DNA of 46,960 nucleotides from a virus: IMG/VR virus record IMGVR_UViG_3300045988_180211, positions 1 to 46,960 of that record; one strand, 5' to 3'. Shown piece by piece: positions 40,312 to 46,960 of this stretch (position 1 is its first letter; each line of letters starts with the position of its first letter). The notes under the pieces were generated by a model. It saw only the letters and a program-made list of their open reading frames with translations, ran no database searches and was not told where the DNA came from. The position numbers and the translations under genes were made by a program.

Positions 40312-42798
40312 ATGGCAATCGCTCAGGAATACGGCGGACAACAGGTCGCGCCGCAGGTTGGCGCGGGCGCTCAGGGCGCAAGCTTCCAAGCAATGGAGGC
40401 GCCGAAGGCAGACTTGTCTGCGCTCGACAAGGGCGTGCACGCCATCGGCATGGCGGCCGCCAAATACCTCGACGACATCAACGAGGCAATCGCCACGGAC
40501 GCGGACAACCGACTGACGCAGTACCAGCAGGATTTGCTGTACAACGAGCAAACGGGTTTCATGGGCCGCAAGGGCTACGATGCTCTTCGCGCCGATGATG
40601 AAGGTGTCTCGCCCTTGGATTCGATGATGAAGAGCTTCAAGGGCGCGGTGGAGGCCGCCTGCGCGGGGAAGACGGCGGCGCAGCAAAAGCTCATCCGCGC
40701 CAAGGCCGCGGGGCTCACGAACAGCCTTTACGCCACGGGACTCCAGCACACGTTTCAAGAGAACCACCAGTTCCTCGTCAATACGGCGACGGCCGGAATC
40801 AAGCAGCAGGCCGTGGTCGCGGCGAACAATTTTGACGCGCCGGACGTCATTCAAGGGAGCATCGCAAAAGCAAAGGCGAACGCCGCTCGCATTGCGCGGC
40901 TGAACGGAACGGATGCGAAGCAGGCGCAGATCGACGCGGAGGCGGGCATTCACCACAACGTGGTGATGGGCTTCATTAACGCGGCGCATAACGACCCCAC
41001 CAACTGGGCGAAGGCGCGGCTGTACCTCCAAGCCCACAGCAAGACGATGACGCCGGATGACATCTTCGCTTTCGACGCTCGCATCAGCGCGGGCCAGAAA
41101 AAGTTCGAGGCGTACGAAACCGCCAACGAAGTGTTTCAAGAGCTCAAGACGAATACCACGCAGTATGCACGCGCGAGTGGAAAGCTGATCGCCGGCGACA
41201 CGGGGTATGCCGATGGCGATGCGAACTACGTGTTTTACGCAGGCATTCAGGGGAACCAATTCGAGTTGGACTCAACCGGCAGAGCCGTGGTGCGCACGGC
41301 CACTCGGAACGGGGAAGCGGCCTACGGCGTTGGTGGTTTGACGAAGGCCATGGCGGACGCGGTGCTCGGCCGGCAGTTGACGGACGAGCAATGGGCGTCC
41401 GTGCGTGAGGACCCGTCGGCGAACGCGAAGATTTCGAAGGAGTTCTTGAATCGCTTGGGTGTGCGTTTTGGCGACACAAGCATGGCACTGGCGGCGTACT
41501 TCGGCAGCGCAAAAGAGGTCGAAGACGCAAAGGCGAAAGCGGCCAAAGATGGTGGGGTGTGGACGCAGTACCTCTCGAAGGACACGCAGAGCGCCCTAAA
41601 CGGTGCCTTGAAGCGGATGAAAGATTCCCGCGACACGCCGTTGCTGGACGAGAACGGGAACGCGATTTCTGCGTTTGACCCTCGCTACGCCACGAAGGCG
41701 TACGTCTCTCCAACGCAAGAGCAGGTGCGAAAACTGATCGAGCAGAACCCGCTTTCCGTGGACCCCGAGTGGAAAGAGGCCGCCATACAGCGCACGCTTG
41801 CAATGTTTGAAAGTGACAAACGGGACTTTGCCAATCGCCAGCAGACGGCCTTGGATCGCGTTTGCCAGATCGTCGAGCAAGGCGGGGAGCCGACGGAAGC
41901 CGACCTCGCTCAGCTTGACTACAAAAGCCAGCTTGCTTTCCGCAATTGGAAAAAGGCTCACGATGCGAACGACCCCACCGGTGACAGGGCGTATTTCGCG
42001 TACCTCGTGAAAAACCCCTCGGTCGTTCATGACATGACAAAGGAAGAGGTGCGCAACGCGACTCGCGCCATCCCGAAGGCCGGACGGCAGTTGATTCTGA
42101 AGGAATGGGAGGCCGGGCAGGTGGTGAAGCAGGGGCGCATTTCCTCGCAGTTCAATGCGCAAAAAGGCGGCAATCCCATCGGCAAGACTTCGGCCACCAT
42201 GGGGTTGGTGAGCCGCGTACTAAAGCGAGAAGAAAACTTTGCGAAGTTGGACGAGGATCAGCAGGCATTGATTGCGTCCGAAGTCATGCTCCAGGCGGCC
42301 GCCGACAACGCCATTTACGGAATCGACACGTCTGACACGGTCAAAGCGGAAGCTTACGTCCTTGATCTTTTGAAAAAGACCTACAACAAGGACACGCTTT
42401 TTGGCACCTACGCCGGCGACAAGAAGCCGATCGTCTCCTTCAAGTGGGGGGATTACGACAGCTGGACGAAGAACGTCGGAAAGAAGCTCGCCGAAAGATA
42501 CTTCAACTGCGGGGAGGGTAACGCATCCAAAGGGCAAGCCATGGCCTCGCTTTTGCGCCTGATGGTTCGCAAAGAGCCCGGATTGGACTGCAGCGGAATC
42601 TTGTCGGCGCAGGAAAGGGCGGAGGCGCAGGACTTGATCCGCGCCGCGGTGCGCGCGGACATGGCAGCCAAGCCCGCATACGCACGGATGAGCCGAAGCG
42701 ATTTCGACGCCGTCCTCGAAAAGAAAATCTCGAAATACATCAACAATGACGCCAAACTGCTGCGGGCGTATTTAGAGAACCGCATGGGGGAAAACTGA
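40312..42798 (+). CDS. Internal virion protein with lytic transglycosylase (SLT)-like domain (T7 gp15/16-like role)
   Basis: GNQFELDS...GEAAYGVGGLTKAMA...DPSANAKISKEFLNRL...ALAAYFGSAKEV follows the SLT pattern E-S...GA.GLMQ...dP..Ni..g..yL...alaaYN.G. Confidence 0.75.
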   Translation: MAIAQEYGGQQVAPQVGAGAQGASFQAMEAPKADLSALDKGVHAIGMAAAKYLDDINEAIATDADNRLTQYQQDLLYNEQTGFMGRKGYDALRADDEGVSPLDSMMKSFKGAVEAACAGKTAAQQKLIRAKAAGLTNSLYATGLQHTFQENHQFLVNTATAGIKQQAVVAANNFDAPDVIQGSIAKAKANAARIARLNGTDAKQAQIDAEAGIHHNVVMGFINAAHNDPTNWAKARLYLQAHSKTMTPDDIFAFDARISAGQKKFEAYETANEVFQELKTNTTQYARASGKLIAGDTGYADGDANYVFYAGIQGNQFELDSTGRAVVRTATRNGEAAYGVGGLTKAMADAVLGRQLTDEQWASVREDPSANAKISKEFLNRLGVRFGDTSMALAAYFGSAKEVEDAKAKAAKDGGVWTQYLSKDTQSALNGALKRMKDSRDTPLLDENGNAISAFDPRYATKAYVSPTQEQVRKLIEQNPLSVDPEWKEAAIQRTLAMFESDKRDFANRQQTALDRVCQIVEQGGEPTEADLAQLDYKSQLAFRNWKKAHDANDPTGDRAYFAYLVKNPSVVHDMTKEEVRNATRAIPKAGRQLILKEWEAGQVVKQGRISSQFNAQKGGNPIGKTSATMGLVSRVLKREENFAKLDEDQQALIASEVMLQAAADNAIYGIDTSDTVKAEAYVLDLLKKTYNKDTLFGTYAGDKKPIVSFKWGDYDSWTKNVGKKLAERYFNCGEGNASKGQAMASLLRLMVRKEPGLDCSGILSAQERAEAQDLIRAAVRADMAAKPAYARMSRSDFDAVLEKKISKYINNDAKLLRAYLENRMGEN

Positions 42799-42800
42799 CG

Positions 42801-45800
42801 ATGGGAATTCTTGACGCAATCGGCTACACCGACGCGGCGGACGATGTTGATTTGAGCGCGCCCCTGCCACTTACACCCGAGCAAGCCTCCCAGAGCTATA
42901 AGGCCGCGGCTGACTTTGACGTGACGCCCGACGAGGTGACGCAGGGGATGCGTGATGAGCATCGAAAAAAGATGATGTTCGAAGGCGCCGGCGATGCCTT
43001 CAAAACGAAAATGGCCAACCCGACCTTTCGCGCGGCCGTGCAGGGCGACGAAAAATCACCGTCTGCGTTTGAAGAAATTGCGCTTTCCATTGCGCCCGCG
43101 GACAAGAGCAGTGGCGACTGGAGCGACATCGCCCGCCGCGGGTTTGCCCGTAGCGTCATGGGGGTCAGTCGATCCGTGATGGGGAGCGACGCCGTCGATC
43201 TTCGAGAGCAACTTGACGAACTTCGAAAGCCCAAAAACTACAAGGAATGGGAGCGGCGGCACGGGGTAATCGAAGAGCGTCTTCGCGACCTTGCGGCGCG
43301 GATCGTTCGTGAGCGGGCGGTCACCGAGGCTCTGCGCCCGAGTGACGCGCCTATGACGAAGATTGGGCAGGCGTGGAATGAAAAAGGAGCGCTGGCCGCC
43401 GTCGGGGAATTTCTGAGTCACCCGATTGATTCGACCACGGACCTGTTCAGCGAGGCATCCCTCCCGTTAGGGGCGACGATGGGGGCGGGCGTGGCGGCGG
43501 CCGGAGCCGCTGGCGTGGCGGCCTCCGTCCCTGCGGGTGCCGCGCTTGCCATCGCCGCACTCGCGGCGGGTGCCGTGGATGCGTCAATTTCGGCTCATGA
43601 CGCGCTTTTCGACCAGATGGAGAAGGCCGGCGTAGACATGAAGGACGTCGACTCCGTAGCGGACTTTCTAATTCGCGATGCTAGATTCAATCGCACCTGG
43701 GGCAAAGCGCAAAACTATGGTACGGCGGTTGGTGCCGGTACGGCGGTGAGCCTTGGGCTTTCCCGCATCACGACGCCTGTGCGCTTGGGGGCGAAGGCGA
43801 CCGAAGTCGTGCCGCCTGTGGCCAAAGCGTACGAGGCCATCAACGCAAACGCCTACCGTCACATGCTTCAGAATTTCGGAGCGCAAGTAGGCATCCAAGG
43901 GTCGGTCGGTGCGGGCGCCGAGGCGGTGGGGCAGATCGCCGCCGACGGCAAGGTGACGGACACCTTCTCGGTATTCCTCAATGGCGTGACCGACATGGTC
44001 ACCGCGCCGATCGAGCTGGGCGTTTCCAGTTTTGCCGTGCGGCAGGGCGTTCGCGCGGAGAAGGCGAGAACGGAATTCAACGCCATGCAGTTGCAGAAAG
44101 CCGTCCAAGTGGCAAAGAACTCGCAGGCCTTCGAAAAGACGCCTGAGCTCTTCGACGAATTTGCCACCGCCGTGGGCGAGCAGAACCCCGGCATTGCGAC
44201 CGTGGGCATCGATGTGGCTTCCCTGCACCAGGAAGGCGAAGCCGGCGCGGCGGCAGTGGAGGCCATCAAGGAAATCCTCCCGCATAAAGCAAACGAAATC
44301 GATGAGGCCGTGCAGACCGGCTCTGTGGTAGAGCTTCCGTTGGCGCAATACATTCAGGCGGCGAAGGACGATCGCGTCACGGCGTCCGTTTCCAGGCACT
44401 CCGTCGTCGGTGACGACGCCACCTTGGCGCAAGCCCAGAGAGCGGAAGCGGCGGTTGTGCAGGATCGTGATTACGGGATTGCCCGCCTCTCCAAAGGTCG
44501 GGCACCCGAGTTCAGGGTCTCTTTGCAAAAGGTAGCGCGGGAATACAAGGCGGCGCTTGACGCTTTGCCCGGCATGCAGAAGAAGGGTGGGGACGAGAAG
44601 GAGCGCCTCGCCCTGGTGGCCTTGACGATGAACCACGTCGCGAACATGGCCGCCGATGCCGGCATGCTGCCTGAGGAAGTGTGGCGCGACTTCGGTATCC
44701 GCCACGTGCTTTCGGGCGGCAACGACATCGTTCGCGCCGACGGTGGGTTGATCGCGGCGACGAACCGCGCGAAGGCTGCCTTTAACGACAAGGTCGAAGG
44801 CGACCTCGGGCAGATACCAACGGCTGACGAAGCCAGAGGGCGTGCGGTTGCCCGCGTGCCGCGTGAAGGCCTGCAGAGAAAACCGGACGAAATAAAGGTT
44901 GAGGTTATCGACATCGGTAATCCGCAACTGCGTTCGCCGTCGGAACTCCGCGAGGCAATCATAACGGCCTTGGCCGGTACGGTGGTGAAGATCAAGTCCA
45001 CCGGGCAGGACATTCTTCTTTCCAAAAGTGGGTTGAAGCGCTCTGCTAAAAAACGCTCGGATGAGCACAGCAAGTTGTACAGCTCGCTGTTACGCGTGAT
45101 TGAGCGGTCCGAGTATGACGGCACGGAGCCGAACGACGGGCTGAAGGGGCACACGGTCGACCAGGACGTTTACCATTCGGCCGTTCGCATGGGCGGCAAA
45201 CTGTACTCCGTGCGCATCAAGGCGGACGTAGCCAGTGCAGGGGAGAAGGCGCTCCAGGCTTCCGGGGCGCAGGAAGTCAAATTCGACGGCCGATACGCCG
45301 ACCACGCCGTGGCGGAGATCGACGTATCGGAGGTAAAAAATTACCCCGGACAGCTGCCGTCCGAAGGTTTATTCCCTGTCGGTGTCGACAGGGGGACAGC
45401 CCTTCCGGCTTCCACTTCCGGGGTTTCTGCCATAACTTTAGGTGTGATCCGTGGGAATGTCAAGCCGTCGAAGCTCGAAAACAACCTGCTGTCACAGGAA
45501 ACCTTGGGGGCGTATTACCCTGATCACCGGACGATCGTGCGGTGGCAAGGGGCAAATCGCTCCACCTTGCTTCACGAAACGGGCCACTGGTATCTCTTCA
45601 GCCGCGCGAAGTTGGCGCAGGAGCTGCGGGCGCGGACCGATCTCACCGATGCGCAGAAAGAGTTCATCCTTTGGACCGAAAAAACGATTCAGTGGCTGGG
45701 GGGCAAAGGCATCGAAAGCTTTCTCAACATGCCGATCGAAGACGCTCGTGCCATGCACGAAAAGTTCGCCCGAACCTACGAGCAATACCTGAAGGATGGA

Positions 45801-46960
45801 CGGGCTCCGAACAGCGCCTTGACGCGCGTTTTCCGCCTTTTCAGCGGTTGGCTGAAAAACGTCGTCTACGGCATTCTCAAAGCCGTGCCGGGGTCGGCGG
45901 AAATGAAGCCTGACGTGCAGGAACTTTTTGACGCGCTGTTCGTTTCCTCTGAGCAGATTCGGGAAGCGCAATTGCGCCGCCATCTTTTCCTCGCCGTGGA
46001 CAAGGTGAAGAGCGGCGACGTGGCGCAGTCTGAAGTGGACGACGCCTTGGTGCGGGCCATGAACGCCGCCTTTAAAAACGTTGATGACGCGGCTGAAGAA
46101 AAGTTCAATCGCCGCGGTGAAGCCGTCGTTGGGCGCCTTCGCCGCCTTCGCGACCGAGTTTTCAACGACCTCACGAAACAGGCGGAGGCGCTTCGCAAGC
46201 AATACACCGCCGAGGCCATCAATGAGCGCCTTGGAGAACGTCGCCTTGACGCAGAAATTTTCTTCGACACGGCGCAAACCCGTTACGACAAACGCGGCGG
46301 GGAGCGCAAAGTCAAACCCAAGCTCCTCGCCAGCGACCTTGCCAAAATGGGGATCGATGAGTGGCGCATTGAGGAACTGAAAAAACGCGGGTGGGTGAGC
46401 CGGCGCGACGACGTTGGTGTTCTCCATCACCCCGAACTGGTGGCGGAAACATTGGGGTTCTCTAGCGCTTCCGAGATGGTGTTCTCGCTCACCACCGATG
46501 TCTTCGACGGCAAGACGCGCGAGAAGTGGGCTGAGCCGATCGTTCAAGAGCGGATGCAAAACGAGCACCCTGAGCTGGCTGAGAAAGAAACCATCGCCGA
46601 ATCGGCGGATGCCGCGGTTTTCAACCTGACGGCCTCCCAGATGGTGGCGCTCGAAATTCAGTTCTTGGAAGGGGCGAGGGGCAAGCCCGTGGAATTGGCG
46701 CTTTTCGACGCCGTTGCGAACGCATCCTTGTCTGAAAAAACCATTTCGGACGTAAAGCCAAAGACGATGCGCACGGCGGCTACGCGATTTGCCGAGCAGG
46801 CGCAAGACATGGTCAAGAAGGGCAACCTCTTAGACGCCGCGACCGCAAAGCGCCGCCAGCTCGTTCAGATGCGCATGGCCGACCTTGCGCAGGACTTTCT
46901 TGACCGCGCGGAATCCTTCGTAAAGAAGATGCAGAAGGCGTACGCCCCCGGTAAGTCCGA
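42801..46960 (+). CDS. Giant internal virion/ejection (polyvalent) protein, 5-prime part; continues in frame across the junction into 1..2396 (full length 2,166 aa)
   Basis: ATG at 42801 lies 2 nt after the stop of the upstream gene. Manual translation found no in-frame stop to the window end, which explains its absence from the ORF track. Ala/Gly-rich hydrophobic stretches occur at about aa 215-300. HETGH is at 45573-45587. The gene sits in the T7 gp16 position. Confidence 0.85.
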   Translation, partial: MGILDAIGYTDAADDVDLSAPLPLTPEQASQSYKAAADFDVTPDEVTQGMRDEHRKKMMFEGAGDAFKTKMANPTFRAAVQGDEKSPSAFEEIALSIAPADKSSGDWSDIARRGFARSVMGVSRSVMGSDAVDLREQLDELRKPKNYKEWERRHGVIEERLRDLAARIVRERAVTEALRPSDAPMTKIGQAWNEKGALAAVGEFLSHPIDSTTDLFSEASLPLGATMGAGVAAAGAAGVAASVPAGAALAIAALAAGAVDASISAHDALFDQMEKAGVDMKDVDSVADFLIRDARFNRTWGKAQNYGTAVGAGTAVSLGLSRITTPVRLGAKATEVVPPVAKAYEAINANAYRHMLQNFGAQVGIQGSVGAGAEAVGQIAADGKVTDTFSVFLNGVTDMVTAPIELGVSSFAVRQGVRAEKARTEFNAMQLQKAVQVAKNSQAFEKTPELFDEFATAVGEQNPGIATVGIDVASLHQEGEAGAAAVEAIKEILPHKANEIDEAVQTGSVVELPLAQYIQAAKDDRVTASVSRHSVVGDDATLAQAQRAEAAVVQDRDYGIARLSKGRAPEFRVSLQKVAREYKAALDALPGMQKKGGDEKERLALVALTMNHVANMAADAGMLPEEVWRDFGIRHVLSGGNDIVRADGGLIAATNRAKAAFNDKVEGDLGQIPTADEARGRAVARVPREGLQRKPDEIKVEVIDIGNPQLRSPSELREAIITALAGTVVKIKSTGQDILLSKSGLKRSAKKRSDEHSKLYSSLLRVIERSEYDGTEPNDGLKGHTVDQDVYHSAVRMGGKLYSVRIKADVASAGEKALQASGAQEVKFDGRYADHAVAEIDVSEVKNYPGQLPSEGLFPVGVDRGTALPASTSGVSAITLGVIRGNVKPSKLENNLLSQETLGAYYPDHRTIVRWQGANRSTLLHETGHWYLFSRAKLAQELRARTDLTDAQKEFILWTEKTIQWLGGKGIESFLNMPIEDARAMHEKFARTYEQYLKDGRAPNSALTRVFRLFSGWLKNVVYGILKAVPGSAEMKPDVQELFDALFVSSEQIREAQLRRHLFLAVDKVKSGDVAQSEVDDALVRAMNAAFKNVDDAAEEKFNRRGEAVVGRLRRLRDRVFNDLTKQAEALRKQYTAEAINERLGERRLDAEIFFDTAQTRYDKRGGERKVKPKLLASDLAKMGIDEWRIEELKKRGWVSRRDDVGVLHHPELVAETLGFSSASEMVFSLTTDVFDGKTREKWAEPIVQERMQNEHPELAEKETIAESADAAVFNLTASQMVALEIQFLEGARGKPVELALFDAVANASLSEKTISDVKPKTMRTAATRFAEQAQDMVKKGNLLDAATAKRRQLVQMRMADLAQDFLDRAESFVKKMQKAYAPGKS
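46906..46960 (+). repeat. Terminal direct repeat, copy 2 (identical to 1-55)
   Basis: Same 55-mer as 1-55. The offset is 46,905 nt, a multiple of 3. Confidence 0.95.

Larger units (their letters stand above)
1..46960. mobile_element. Complete temperate phage genome (podovirus-like: T7-fold portal/adaptor/nozzle, epsilon15/BPP-1-like capsid module, integrase plus CI-like repressor); circular unit 46,905 bp
   Basis: Full set of packaging, head, tail, lysis, replication and lysogeny genes. The window ends are identical over 55 nt. One long ORF reads in frame across the junction. Confidence 0.85.

Noticed and set aside
1-46960. CRISPR arrays, tRNA, tmRNA or rRNA genes
   Set aside because: I saw no regularly spaced direct repeats and no cloverleaf-like T-arm/acceptor sequences in the intergenic regions (9140-9430, 21612-22029, 24132-24865, 25630-25943). 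This is a visual scan only; tRNAscan-SE or ARAGORN would be decisive.

Overview
The window is one complete, circularly closed genome of a temperate, podovirus-like phage. The first 55 nt (1-55) are identical to the last 55 nt (46906-46960), so the unique unit is 46,905 bp. By hand counts on sampled lines it is about 58-60% GC.

The genome has two arms that diverge at about 21.6-22.0 kb and converge at about 6.55-6.58 kb.

- Plus arm, wrapping through the window junction:
  - Early-right genes: a small HTH protein, a TerS-like protein, a second HTH protein and a primase-helicase.
  - TerL, then a T7-fold portal, two paralogous scaffold-like proteins, an HK97-type capsid protein and a decoration protein.
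  - A gp11-like adaptor, a gp12-like nozzle and three internal virion proteins.
  - The last internal virion protein is a 2,166-aa ORF that crosses the junction. The ORF track shows only its tail, as 24..2396.
  - Four tail-fibre-type genes.
- Minus arm:
  - A translationally coupled replication operon: DUF2800 nuclease, DUF2815 SSB, family-A DNA polymerase, VRR-NUC nuclease and SNF2 helicase.
  - An AlpA/Xis-like gene.
  - A holin, GH24 endolysin and i-spanin, with an embedded o-spanin.
  - DUF3310 and DUF551 genes.
  - A low-GC island carrying hicAB and a P63C-like gene.
  - attP, a tyrosine integrase and a com-like cassette.
- A CI-like repressor (23481-24131, minus strand) sits inside the plus arm.

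Observations most worth follow-up:
1. A Mu com/mom-style translational hairpin gates an uncharacterised three-gene cassette next to int.
2. The junction-spanning polyvalent virion protein carries an ArdC-like HExxH module.
3. A conserved bipartite motif is fused to terminator hairpins that hold the ribosome-binding sites of terL and of the first internal-virion gene.
4. The CI-like repressor has Thr at the S24 nucleophile position.
5. About 0.6 kb between the repressor and the early-right genes is unexplained and partly very GC-rich.
6. A Cys-rich three-gene cassette runs convergent with cI.

I found no rRNA, tRNA, CRISPR array or reverse transcriptase. All family names are pattern recognition from memory, not database hits.
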